Source of the DNA: Blasia pusilla
Taxonomy: Eukaryota
Reading direction: 5' to 3'
DNA length: 64,000 nucleotides
Assembly: GCA_050084515.1 (NCBI GenBank)
Contig: CM114271.1
Span: 24,924,001 to 24,988,000 of the forward strand
The position numbers were made by a program, and so were the translations under genes. Positions 41,546 to 55,372 of the stretch are shown piece by piece. Position 1 is the stretch's first letter. Each line of letters starts with the position of its first letter. Below the pieces are notes generated by a model. It had not been told where the DNA came from and searched no databases. It saw only the letters and a program-made list of their open reading frames with translations.

Positions 41546-43435
41546 TTGGTGCGCGTGCGATGGAAGGATGTATAATTTTGAATTACCCATCCCAAATGTA
41601 TAATTGAATGTGATTAATTCTATTGGCTAAAAAAGACTTGTGCCAAAGGAGAGGTGATCTCAAAATGAAGAGACACTTTCCAACAATAATATCGATTTAT
41701 TTGATAAAACCCCTAAGACAACATTGCACCTTTCTTTAGCTCATAGTCTTACTAAGCATTTTAACCATTTTTTCCATAAGCTCCTAAAAAATCTTGATTA
41801 TAATGGATGACCCTATATGCAAAATAGGACAAAACACTAAGATAGGAAGAGAAAATACCAACATGTTTGAATTGATTCATATTAAATGGGTAGAAAAAAT
41901 GAATTTGAATAGAAGAGGAATTAATTTTTATTAATTGATAACTTAATTAATTTAGATTATAATGGGTGATCCTAAGTATAAATAAGACAAAATAATGGGA
42001 TAATTTTCAAAAATAATTTTTTTCCCTTAATTCATATTTGATAGGAAGGGAAAATGAAATTTAATGGAGAAATACATATGGTTTAAATTTTATGGGAGGA
42101 TGGAATTATGTAGGGTAGTAGGGGAGTGGAATGTTATCATTCTTCTAATATTTAAGAAAAAAAATTGAAATAAAGAAAAGTATTGATTTTAAAAATAATC
42201 ATATTAGTTCACATTTGATATTTTGGGAAAGGATAATCGACTCAAATACAATTAGAAAATGATTTCATTAATTAAAGTTAACTAATAATTTAGTGGATGT
42301 TATTTGGTGGGAAGTATGGAAGGAGAAGAATAGATATTCTTTAAACTTTTGTGGAGGAGTGAAATTATTGAGGGGAGTTGGATATTATTTAAATTTAAAT
42401 TTAACAGTAAGTTTATTTTAAAAGTGAAATCTTAGAACTGTTTGAAGATGTAAGAAAATGGAAATTATGTTTTAATTTTGAAATAAAAATTAATTTTCAA
42501 TTATTAAAAGTCATTTTCATGCGGAAGAGGATACATATTTTCATTCCTCTATCAGTTTTTATTACGGCCCCTACTATAGCCCTTAAACTTCGCAATTAAG
42601 CGTGGTGAACACACATCACATAACCGGATAGAGAGAGGGCAGGGCAATGAAACTATTGACAAGCAGCCGTGGAAATAGTAGAGCTGCTAGATTGACTCCC
42701 CAGTTGGCTCTTCATGTGGGGATGTGGTGTGGCATCAATCTATGCGACAGGAAGGGTGATGGCATAGGAGGTGCGCGGGGTCCTCTGTGAGAGGAGTGCG
42801 TCGTGATGAAGGTCCTACCTGCCCCTTTTGAATCCTACCTTTTTCGCGCAGGTAGCGGTGTTTTGGCTCTTGTTTTCTGTTGTGCTTGTCTTTCGTGTGT
42901 AAAATGTGAGTTCTCGGTGCGAGAGGTAGGAACGAAATGCACTAGTAATCAGCTGGCACTACATGCCATATCTCGGCCCCATTTCCATTTCGAGCTACGG
43001 AATTTTCTTGCCTTCTTTTCGGCTTTCCTACTTCAACAACGTCGCAAGAATGCCAGCACACACCAAACCTTTGGTCTTCTCAGGTTTGAATACGCCTTGC
43101 ATTTCGAGCCGGATCAGCGCGCCGTCGACATCTCAAGAGGGAGAAACAAGGAAAGATCTTCTCCCCTTGCTTTCTCGCGCTTTGCTATTAAGTTTCCTTC
43201 TTACACTCTGCACCATGCGCATTCGTGATCAGGGTTGCAGTGTGTGGGTATTTACGGCATTCCAATTTCAGCTCTGTTCTGTACTATTGATTTCATTGCG
43301 CACATTTGTGAAGGCTCCAGTTGAATGAGTGCATTCGTGAACGTTTGATTCGTCCATGTTTGTGTCCCTCAATATGAGTGAGATTTAGAAATGGAAAAAA
43401 ACTACCAAACTTCCCTAATTGAAACTGCTACCCGT

Positions 43436-44696
43436 TGTCGTGTCGAGAGTCTTTCTTCGAGTAAGGGTAGGCCTTCTAGCTGCGATAGACGCGGTCGATG
43501 CAAGATGAACTCTCTGAGAAGATCTCCTTTTTCAATATAAAATTATATGTATACTCTCTATTCTCTCACGACAGGTATCACAAATGGAAGTGCAGAGGCG
43601 ATCACTTCTTCGTAACATCGGACCCCGAAATTCCTAACTATAAAATCCCTATAAACTATTTTACGCTTGTATACGAGGAAGATAGCACAACTAGTGTTAA
43701 ACCCTACTTGAGCAGGCCTCTAGACGTCCATGGATCGCTATATAAGGATATACAAAGTACAATCCCATGTCCTTCCATATGTGACGATAGGAAGGATCAC
43801 CGGAGTTGGAGATTGGATGACCTGGTTCATGAACGCCTCCCCAAAATGATAAACTAAATAGCGAGTGAACCCGTGCCTATCTACAAAGAGTATCTTGACA
43901 TTATATGGATTAAGGAAAGGAAAGTCGGGCACTACTCGTGCTCCACCCCTATCCATGCTTGACAGACATTCTCTACTCTCCTCAAAAATGGGTTTTGGCG
44001 GAGTTATTCTCCCAAGAGGGGTAATCCACTCTCATTGAGAAAGTAACAAGCCAAAACATTCACTATTTTAGTATGACTAAACTCCTCTAAGGTGACAAAC
44101 CTGTCATCTCCACACACACACCACACTCTAGAAACCTCTCGAAGAATAGACCATGGTTAAGTTACTCTCCCAAGAGGGGTGATCCACTCTCATTGGAAGA
44201 GCAAGCAATCCCAAAGCCATACACTCAAGAGTGACACGAAAGACTCAAGATGTGGAATAGAAGGTGATAAACCCTTCAAGGTCCCTCCTCTTTATATACT
44301 CACAAGAGACCCACAAGAGTACGAAATAGAGCTAATCTTATCTTGTGCCACATGGCTTCCTCTCAAGACTTAGCGAAGCCTTGAGAGGAAGCCATATTAC
44401 ACAAGTAGATTTCCTCTTATCTCTTCCAAAATATCCTCTTTTATCCACTTGATATTTTCCAACCAAGCCTACTTTTGTTTTCATTAAAGCACCAACCTCA
44501 CTACTTTACTTTTATAAAGTCATCATTTATTTATTACCTCTTTTCTTAAAGTTGGGCCCATATAAAAGAGGCACCATAAAGAGGTTTAAACATGGGAATT
44601 TCCTTTTCCCAAGCTAATTTACTTAATACTAATAAAACTCTCTCTAACACTTAACGAGGAAGGAGTTTACACGATGGCTGATTTTACTATACAACA
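43436..44696. mobile_element. Solo LTR-like element of a second family (1261 bp)
   Basis: TGTCG...CAACA termini with perfect 4-bp TSD CCGT; a homologous fragment lies at 54956-55372. Confidence 0.8.
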
Positions 44697-47600
44697 CCGT
44701 CAATTCACAAAGTTTGTTTTATTTCACAATCAACATTATGAGATTCTGCCATTGGGAAAGTGAGAATGCTCAGGTACGTTTCCAATGAATCCTGGCCTAC
44801 CTGAACTATGGTGGCTATCCATAATTGAGAGCGTGCAATCGCCCCGGATTGTTCCTGCATTTTTTTACGTTGTCAAGGGTGGTGGCCATACTCATTGGGA
44901 TTCTCTCTTGGGCAGCCGTTTCCTCTTATGTGTCTATTGGATTGCGGCTTACGGTCGGGTCTGACTCTCCTCCCCAAGCGGATCTAAATGTAGCAACCCC
45001 GGCTTAGTGTTGTATGCTCTTCCAGGCTTTTGCCGAGCTACCCTAAGTTTTGCTCCAGGATCCCATATTCTCAGTGGCCCGTATACCTTTGTATCACTCC
45101 TCTGCGGCTTTGTGTGTATCTATGTGCTTTCCGCGGCCTGTCGGTGTCCGTGTCATCCACCTTCTTGTCACATGAAAGCGGTAGCCAAAAACACCAACAG
45201 CGACCCACAACAGAAACCTCAATTTGCCCACTCGGCTGTACTTGTTTGTGTGTAAACATCAGGTAACACTTCATGGTTCACCAGGATTTTAATTCACTTT
45301 TATAGAATAGTTGTAAGCCTATCTCTCAACTGTGCGCTTGCCAATAGTACGAAGTGCGTTTTCGAATATCCCCACATTCAACATAAGCGACACCAAATTT
45401 CTTTTTTCAATCCCTGATGCAAACCTGGCTGAATTTTATTTGTATGTGGTGGACAGTGTTAAGCTCATAAGGCAATAGTAGCAATTCTTCAGGTATGTAC
45501 AAGGAGGCCCTATTTTTTCAATCAGGTTTTATCGTTCTTATGTGCTGAGTTTGCTTTTGCTTTGGTAATTCTCTCACTTTCCATCTTCTGTTCATTATGA
45601 ATTTCATACTCTATACAGACACCATCGATGTACGTTCCTTAGATATAGTTTCCGTTCAGCTGTAGGTCTGAATCTTGGCAATGCATCCAGAGCACTTTGA
45701 TTTACGTCTCATAGGCTTCGTTGTCAGTAAAGAATTTAAGGCAGATTTACTTACATTATCACTTTATTCCTTCACGTGATCGATGATGAAGCACCTGCCT
45801 ATCCGTTGTTGCTAAGGTAGTCTATCCATGCGTCATAGTTAACTACTTTCTAACTGACAAACACCCACTACTGTTGAAGTACTGCCTATGGCCAATTGGC
45901 TCAGCTGACTTTGTGGTGGTATTTCAGAATGCACGCAAATGCACGACCCCTCATATAAACTTTTGCACTGCCAATCACTCCTGCACAATATGGCCGTGTT
46001 GCAAACAATGGAAGTAAGTTCCACTTAGTTGACGTAGCCATGTCCAATGGGTTTCAAGCCATGCGTATGCACAGTGGTAAATGTTAAACTAGACTCACTT
46101 GCTCATACTCATGAAGAACTCAGCTCCCACCAACAACATGCCATCGACATTTCTTAGTATTGGCTAAGTGTACACTAAGCGAGTTGCTAAAGGGAGATCT
46201 TACGAAGGTTCTTATACGACAAGCTCAAGAATTCGAGGGTGTTTTCCGGGAGCGCCAGCTGAAATTGTTTCTTTAAAACACCTCCTCAATCATAATTTTT
46301 GTTGGTAATGTTAAAGACCATACCAGATTGTTTCTGTACATTTTTTAGGTCTTAAACTACATTTTCTGGGGGGTTGACAAACCCTCTTGTAACGGAAACA
46401 ACATCAACAACGATAGTAAACGCATAAAAGCTAGATAGTATAAACCTAGTATCAAAACTCGTAGCTACCTGTACAACATTTTAGTCGTATTTCAACGTGC
46501 ACTTATAGATCTTGTTTTTTGAGGCTACTCCTCAATCATTTCTAGTGTTCATATTGTAAAATACCAAACCAAATTGTTTTTGAATATTTTCCAGTGCTAG
46601 TGCTATACCGATGGAGGGGTTAAGCAAGCCCTTTTAACGACAACACCGACGACTGCAGTAAACTGACCATAGTTGGATGGCATTTGCCTAGTATTGAAAA
46701 TCTACAGCTCCTTGTACTGCGTTATAATTCCCTCACTAGCTATGTAAAGCTTCCATTTTTCATAATCAGCCTACAACACACTTGCTTTGTCCAGTCACAG
46801 GTTTATCTGCTGCATGTGGAAGAATTAGAATGCAGAAATGTTAAGTAACATTACAACTGAGTATACCTCAACAACACATTGCAGCACAACACTTACCTTA
46901 ATTTATCTTCACAATTCACCTGAACCTATAATACTCACGACAGTGGTAGTAAAGTCTATAGGACCGTCCAATCAATTCCAAGTACGTGGACACTATAGCT
47001 TACTATGCCAGTTTCAGGATACATAAGCATTGTCAAAACGAGATCATGCTAGCCCTTGAACCTCACGTGAGCCACAATTCACAAGGACTATAGCTGCCCA
47101 TTGCTACACTGATACATTAGTTGCAATACTGTCCCTTCAATTATTCAGAAACAAGTCCGTTCCATTGCTCCGTCATCAATTATTTATTTAGTATAGCACG
47201 CCCATAACATGGTATGGCCTAGAAGGGCTATACAAAACAGATCGATGCTTCTACTAGATAAAGTAAGGTTATGACGGTGCAAACTTCAGGTTGTGAGCAG
47301 GATACCACATTCAGCTAGGCTCCAGAGACAGCATGTATCTACTACTTGGCCTAAAATCGATGTTCTACTTCAGAATTGGGAAACATTTTGCTCAAAACTA
47401 ATTACACAGATGAAATGTTGTGGCTAATGTGGTGATGTATCATATAGTACAGGTCAATTGAGGATGACTATTACAGTGAGTGAAATTTACCCACCTTATG
47501 CACTTTGTAATGCATTCATGATGTCGTGCAAATCCACATCGTCATACAACATACATCGTTGACATACCATACTCACATACATACATAACATAGACGAGAG

Positions 47601-47800
47601 CATACACAAACACAAGTGTACCACAACTCGCCTCCCTAATTGGCGGTTAGGTCCCTCTAACTCCCAGGTATCCCTATACATCTACTACATGCTATACACC
47701 TTCGTGGGTGCACGAATCAGAAGGCCGTGTGCGAGGTTGCCCCATCGTAAGTCACACATCTGTAATCCATATCATGCAATGATCAAGTCATCTACCCCTC

Positions 47801-47941
47801 CTAAGTACATCGAGGACAAACCCACCTTCCAGTAGGAACAACATCCATACGTGGAGTCAAACACATCATGTGCCAACCCCTAGAACACCGATCACACACC
47901 AACATACGGACTGCGTTACCAGTAGACCCACACAACATGCA
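47801..47941 (-). CDS. PHD finger (C4HC3) at the integrase C-terminus of copy C
   Basis: CMLC-x11-CDRC-x4-HMMC...WVCPRC in the same ORF as the integrase core (47801-48535). Confidence 0.92.
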   Translation of the reverse strand, partial: CMLCGSTGNAVRMLVCDRCSRGWHMMCLTPRMDVVPTGRWVCPRCT

Positions 47942-50930
47942 CCTCAAGCTAGCATGTATCATGGCTAAGCTTGGGTCAACACAACCATCCACATTTGGAA
48001 GATGACATGGCGCACAATTACGCACATGGTCCTTCCAAACAACTCTGTCACGACCCTCCAACATGAGAACTCCAGAAGCTAACACCTCTCGCACTCGTAA
48101 AATAGTGCGGCCTGCCATCACATCCAACGTTGTCAGTGCAATCTCTTGCAAATAGACATAGTCTCCCACATGGAACCTACGAATCGATGGTCGATAACCT
48201 CCATCCCGAATGGTTGCATACCGCAACGTATCCGTGTGTTGAGCAATGGCAAGATTCTCAAAGGCTGTTGGCATAACTCTCCGAAAGAGCTCTGCCCGCT
48301 GAGAACACACTCTCATCCACATCTCTGGGTCATCAAGGTTCATCACCTCACAACACTCCCGAAGAATTGCTGCTAGCAAGTCTGGATCTCGGCCGTATAA
48401 CAAAAAATAAGGTGAGAAGGAAGCCAAGGATGCTTGGCAACTGAACCTGTACCCCATGGCTAACCATGGCAACTGAATATCCCAGTCTCCAAGATGCCCC
48501 TTCTGTAGGCCATACTTGTGCAATGCCCTCTTCACCGTCTAAACCACACGCTCAGCCAAACCATCCGCCTCTAGATGATCTCGAGATGTGGTCCGATGAT
48601 CAATCAATGCCTTGTCACACAAGACCTGAAACTCACCCTGAAACTCTATACCTTGGTCGGTCACCACCTGAGCTGGTGCACCAAAATGACTAAGCACTCT
48701 ATCAATAAACGTATACGCCGTCCCCTCACTTGCCTTGTCAAGTAATGCCACCAACTCAATCCACTTGGAGAAGTGCTCCACCATCACCAACACATATTGA
48801 TGATGTCGTCTAGTCAACGATAACAGTCCCGCAATGTCCACACTCCAATGTTAGACCCAACCCCATAATAGGCAAGGGGTGTAACTGTAGTGTTGGGGCA
48901 TTAAATGATGCCCTCACCCGGTCACAAACCATACAACGTGACACCAACTACTGCACCTGAGTATGTATGCCACACCACCAATACTGGCCAAGAGTAAGCT
49001 ATACGTACGCTTTACCCCAAAATGTCCCAACTCCTCATGGGCATGTCGCACAATGCGCTCTCTCTAAGCCAAATGCGGTACCACCCGTACTCTACCATCC
49101 TCCCACACACGGAGAATATGTGTTCCCTCCACTCGATACCTCATAGCACGTTGAAGAACACGGTCTCGCTCCTTGGCACTCATTGTGCCTGATACCCTAC
49201 TGGTCCGTAGGAACTCCAACACCAACGCATCATCATAAATATCATGTTGATCCGTACCATCAACTCCAACCTTAGGATCTGAAGACTGGCCATCTACCCT
49301 CTTACTAGAGCAAGATGTCATGTGGTCCTCCATACTAGAGTCCACCCCTAACCAACATAAAAAGGCAGATGCATGCCAAGTAGCATCAACCTGGCACCAT
49401 CTCCTCATCAACCTCGCCATTCCAAGTAGCCCCAGTTGCATCCTCTTGGCTAGTACATGGGTTCCTACTCAACCCATCAGCATCGAGGTTGGCAACTCCA
49501 GGTCTATGTACCACTTGGAAGTCATACTCATGTAAGATAAGAGCCCACCGTGCAAGCTTCCATGTAAGCTTGTTAGACTCCATCAACCACTTGAGAGGCT
49601 GGTGATTAGTAATAAGGGTTAAGTGTGTGCCAAACAAGTAACACCTAAAGTGTGCCACAACCCACACTACTGCCAAGCACTCTCCCTCATATGAACTATA
49701 GCGCGACTCCGCTGCATTATTCGAACGACTTGCATACGCCACCACAAACTCCATGTGCTCATCATCATGTTGTGTCAACATTGCTCCAAGTCCCAACATA
49801 CTCCTATCAGTGTGCAACTGAAATGGGCGCCCTCTGATAGGTCTCCTCAAGATAGGCGTAGCCACCAACTCGGCCTTGAGCTCCACAAAAGCTCTCTCTT
49901 GATCATCTCCCAAGTGCCACTCCTGATCTGATTTCAGAAATTGGTTCAAAGGCTTTGCCATACACTAAATCCCTTCACATACCTCCGATTGTAGTTCACC
50001 AATCCCATGAATGCCCGAAGTCTACTCACATCTATTGGACGAGGAATAAGTGCAATAGCCTCCACCTTTGCTTGTTGAACTCCCAAACCATTTGGATAGA
50101 TCACATGACCCAAGTACTCAACATCCTCATGGAAGAACTTACACTTTCCTGGATGCAAACGTAGACCATGAGCTTTCAACCGCTCAAACACCATCTGCAA
50201 ATGTATCTGATGCTCCTCCACCGTGTTACTGAACACCAAGATATCATCAATGTAACACCGAACAAAATCCAATCCTGCTAGGATCCTGTCCATCACTCTC
50301 TGAAACTCGACAGGTGCATTCTTCAACCCAAAGGGTAAGAATTTCCACTGGTACAAACAATCCTTGCCATGAGAGTTGACACCCCAAAATGTTGTCTTGG
50401 CCTTGTCACTCTCCCGAATCGGCAATTGATGGTATCCTGCCCGGAGATCCAAAGTACTGAAAATCTTTGCCTGTCCCACCACATCAAAGATCTTCTCAAG
50501 TGTAGGCATGGCATACCTATCGGCCTTGGTTTGCCGATTGATAGGACGGTAATCTCCACACATCCGCCTATCCGTGTAGTTGCCATGCATATCTTTTTTT
50601 AGCATGACACGGTGGGCGATGCATACTCTCCATGCAACAACTCCACTAATCCAGCCTCCAAAAGGTCCAACTTCCTATTCTGAATCAGGTCCCTCTCCAT
50701 ATCACTATATCGGTAGGGACGACGGAAGATTGGCGTATCACTAGCCAAATCAATCCGTATACCGGGTCCAACCAGAGAACCCAACTCCTTCATGCTAAAG
50801 GCAAAACAACTCCTATAAGCACGTAGGAACTGTGTCAAGCGTCGTTTCTCACCTCCCGTAAGCTTGGGTCCAAGTAATGGCTCCCAAGTCTCCTCCACTG
50901 GCACACTAGAGGGAGAGGACGATGCCATTG
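47942..50930 (-). pseudogene. Copy C reverse transcriptase, RNase H and integrase
   Basis: ORFs 49946-50605 (YIDD), 49386-49961 (RNase H), and 48539-48841 plus 47801-48535 (DDE core: VDIAG, VTDQG, GLAER). Confidence 0.95.
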
Positions 50931-51174
50931 GCAGCTACGCAACCCCCTCACAAGATGGTAGACCCTTAGCTACACCATCATCGAGCAAATAACTCCTCCA
51001 CCAAAGATGAGCAACCAACTCCACATGCCCACCATTACATCCCATTTACTCCAAGGATGCAAAATACTACTCTCCTCGCCCCCAACCGATGCCTCTACCG
51101 TCCCGGTAGCCATCGAGCTCATTACAATGGGTGGAAGACCCACAGACATAGTCCGAAGTCGACGCTGCGCGCTC

Positions 51175-52130
51175 GGCCATACCAAGACTCAAAATCCAAG
51201 TCAAACAATTCAGGTCCATGGCCTGACCCAACACATCACGTCGTAAAGCCTTAGAAATGGAAGCAACCGCTGTCACACCAGTAGCAAATCCCATCGCATG
51301 CTCTCTCTCATCAGCGTTAGGCTCCACCAACTGTCGCACATGAGAATCCCATACAAGCCCCGGACCACCTTCCGTGTATGCATGTGATGAGGGAAAACTC
51401 ACAAATGTGGGTAGTGCCATCCTAGGCTGGCCCACACGGTTCACCACTGCCATGGGTGACCGATCAATAACCCTCACCACCGAGAACGCCGCCAAAGATC
51501 AAGATACTATCCTTTCGTAAGGCAAGGATCCCGATGCACTGCATCATATCCTCGATGTAGAACCTCCCTAGGCAACAAGTTTGTCCACCACAAGCGTGGA
51601 CGATGTGCACGCGAGCCAACTCGCGCTGCATCCAACAACACCGCTGGTCCAATCCAAGACCGCAGCTCATGAACACTCGCCATCATCCGGGTCCGAGTGT
51701 CACCCAACAATGGAACATTCTCCAGAATGTAAGCTAGAGCATGTGCCTAATGAACCTGAAGATGTCGTAACACCCGTAATATCTCCCAAAACAATCGAGA
51801 CCTAGGGTCGTGTAATCCCTCACCACGACCAGCACGTGTATGACCCTGACATGGTCATCCAGCAATCACCAAATCCACAGGACCAACCCTCTCAAGGTCT
51901 TGCGCCCCCAACAATGCAATGTGTGACGGCAAAGCACGCTGGTACCCACGAATAGCTGATGGCGGCAACAACTCATGATATCTCCGCATCAACTAACCAA
52001 TATGTCGGGATGAGACTCTCTGGGCCGTCTCATATCGCTCCACATACACGTATCTCCGCACAGGAATACCGGCCTGCAATTTTGCAACCAAACCAGTGCT
52101 AATCCCACCAAAGAGATCTAACACACAAAT
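51175..52130 (-). pseudogene. Copy C complete DNMT3-like C5 cytosine methyltransferase domain with in-frame stops
   Basis: Motifs in canonical order: VLDLFGGISTG (I), DLVIAG*PCQG (IV), ILENV (VI), AHRPRLWWTN (VIII), EREHAMGF (IX), RRDVLGQAMD (X). Confidence 0.93.
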
Positions 52131-52559
52131 GCCCTCCGGTGGATACTGCCATACAATGGTGTAGTATTCAAAGGGGATAACCCAACTGGACCAGAAGTAA
52201 AAGTCCGCCGTGGGGCCTCCTCTTCCTCGTGAGGTATAACACCCTCACACCAAGCCTCCTGCACTAGGCAAGCAGCCTCCTGCCGTAGTGCACCGCCTGA
52301 ACTCCAAAGTGGCACATCCAACGATGAGGATACCATTGCTGCAATACTAGGGACCTCCTCTACCTCCTCATGCAGAGGAGAATCCATAGCAGAAATGGTA
52401 CCCTCCAAAAAGTCTCTTGGCCAAGTGACTTCTCCACTAAAACCAACCACATATGCTAACACTGTTGGGGAAGACCCTCCTGGTTGAGCCCAATAAATAA
52501 ATCTCACAGGAACCTGGCTCATACGTCCATCCCCAGACTGCCAACCAGGTCTATAAGAC

Positions 52560-54800
52560 GCTGTCTCAATCCAGTAGTCCATCTAAAAACCCATCGGGTA
52601 CAATACTGCTCCTCCAACTAGTACATCATATGACTTGGCCGATGTGACCACTGTAGGTACTCCCAACCTGGAGCTATCAATCGCATCATATGGTCTCAAC
52701 TATACAGAAAACTTCCCCCGTGTCATGAAATGAGACCTATCATTGGCACCTCCAAGTGATGTCTGAATTTGGAATGGGCAAGGCTCAAGCTCTGACCTCC
52801 GAATACCCAAACCAATACATGTTGCCTTTCCCAACATCAAAGGTTGGGCACCAGAGTCTAACAAGACTCTATCTCGTCTATACACTTGTCTTGTAGGACT
52901 CACCAATCGGAATATGCCACTCCGGTTGTCCAACATACATACACCAGGTGTAAGCCTCTCACGATCAATGGCTGGCCGGGCTGGTAATGCATCCATCTTC
53001 GCCGCTGCTGCCTGCCAAGTAGCACTGGTACTCAATGCTACACCTGACATAGAGGGTCGCTCCACCGCAACACCCTCATCCACCTCAGCACGTGTAGTAG
53101 TAACATCCCCACGTTCACACAACGTGGCTGCTAGCTGAAATACAGGAGCTAAGTCAACTCCTAAAGCCATCAGCTCCGTGGCCGAAAACAATGGGGATCC
53201 CAACACTGAAGTTGCCATCCGCAATACTGCACTGGATGTTGCATCCGTGTCTACTACACGCGATGTAGATGCCTGAGTCCCCACTGTAAGCTCAATAGGC
53301 TACGTAGGAACCATGGATGGCGTCCTAAGCACCTTAGACAACAAGAATGACTGGGGAGCCTAGCCTGCCTCCCAGCCTCACCCCTCTGTGGGTCCAACTC
53401 CACAGTAGCACCACGTGGCTTTGACGCCCAAGTGGCTCCTCTCATAACTGCAACCAATGCCTACACTTGTGGTGCACTCGCCATATAAGAGAGATCATCC
53501 CCTCCATAAGAGATGGAAGCCCCTGCTCCCGAACCCGCTCTATGCTGGATACCAGCCATAGTAGCCAACCTCTTCTCCAACTGCTCAATCCTGGCAGCCA
53601 TAGCTGACTCTTTTGTAGTGGTAGGAATAGCCGCCGTAGGCTCTCCAACCACTGGTCCACCTCTACTACCCCTACCACCTCGGCCTCTCGGAGCTACTCC
53701 ACCAACGCTGCGGCCTGATCTCAACTCTGGATGAAGATCAAAGAAATGCTCTCGAGGATGACCTCGTCTCCCGCAATGATCACACTAAGTTGGAGCTGAC
53801 TAAGGCCCATCCTCCAAAGTCCATCTCCCATCCTCTTGGGGACAAAACCTCCTAACATGATCACCTCCACATGTCCAACATGACTGTCCTTGCTGCGGGG
53901 CAGCAAATGAAGGCAATGGTCTTTGCGCAAACGTCCCTCTAGGACCTAACTGAGGTCGTGTGGACCCCCCACGACTCCCACTACTACTACCACCACCACT
54001 ACTACAAGACTATGAGGTGGACTGCTGAACACGAGAAGTAGTAGTTGTATCCCTACTGAATGCGGATGTCACCACCCTCTCCTCCACCATATTAAGCTCA
54101 ATCTTCTCAGATAGAGCAAACACATGGGCCAATGTGGGTGAATCATCACTCATAAGAGTAGCATCACGTACCCTACGACGCAACTCTCGCTCCAAGATCC
54201 CATACCAAAACAGGACTGGGTGAGCCTCAGTCACACCCTGGATAACTGATATCAAGCATCGCATACGAGTGTATGCCTCACGAAGACTCACCAGTCTTTC
54301 GCTCAAATTCCTGAAGACTTCTAAACTTCTCTGTCTTCACTTCCAGATAGTTCTTCTTCAACCTCTTGAAGAACTCTGCAACCGGGCTAAATGATGGTGG
54401 GGCACTAGTACTTCCACTAGTACCCCCGCTGGTACCTCCATTGGTACCCCCACTCCGGATCGTACTTGCACTACTCAATGTCGGGCTGGCTGACACAGTA
54501 AGAGCACTACTACCACTACCACCATGGGTGATAGACACATAGCCTGGAGACCAATATTATCTCCATGCCTCAATCTCAGCAGCATGGTCCCTCCTAAACT
54601 CATGGTAATCATCCATGGGTGGTCCCTCCAAGTGATGAAACAACCCCTTCCAAGCCAAGAAGGGTGTAAACAACGTGGTGTTCCGCAACATCTGCATATC
54701 ACACCACATATCAAACTCCTGAATGAAGTCCTCCAACTCAATGGTGCCCACTGCACCCGAGTATCGTTGTGGGTCCTTCATGACCCATACATCTTGTCCA
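52560..54800 (-). pseudogene. Copy C gag and aspartic protease
   Basis: ELEDFIQEFDMWCD, zinc knuckles and VLLDSGAQ. Confidence 0.9.
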
Positions 54801-54955
54801 TGTCCGAAATCAATGGAGCTGCAACACTCGATAACAATGTAGAAGACTTGGTGTTTGGAACACCCTCGTTCTCCTCTTCATCAACGGTCGGAAGTGAAAA
54901 AGGTAGCCGATACCTCAATCCACTTCGTGTAAAACCACCACTGTCCGCACCACGG

Positions 54956-55372
54956 TGTCGTATAGTAAAATCAACAAGTATGTAAATTCCTTCGTCATTA
55001 AGTGTTAGATAGAGTTTCATTAGTATTAAGTAAATTGGCTTAGAAAAAGGAAATTCTTATGTTTAAACCTCTTTAGGGTGCCTCTTTTATGCGGGCCTAA
55101 CTTTACAAAAGGAGGTAATAAATAAAAGATGACTTTATAAAAGTAAAGTAGTTGCTTTAATGAAAAGCGAAAGCAGTCTTGGTTGGTGGCTAGGTTAGTT
55201 GGGGTACTTTGGAAAATATCAAGTAGGTAAAAGAGGATATTTTGGAAGAGATAAGAGGAAATCTATTTCTGTCAAAATGTGATTGGCTAAGCCTTGAGAG
55301 GAAGCCATGTGGCACAAGATAAGATAAGCTCTATTTCATACTCTTGTGGATCCCTTGTGAGTATATAAAAAG
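54956..55372 (-). mobile_element. Truncated fragment of the second-family LTR nested in copy C's leader
   Basis: Reverse-complement similarity to about 44290-44696. One intact end (TGTCGTATAG); the other end is lost together with about 250 bp of host sequence. Confidence 0.85.

Noticed and set aside
42800-46300. Splice-like signals and short ORFs suggesting a host gene
   Set aside because: No coherent coding model; may be non-coding exons or Helitron-captured sequence and needs transcript data.
46261-46720. Two imperfect repeats about 250 bp apart
   Set aside because: Old local duplication upstream of the Helitron-2 coding region; no functional signal.
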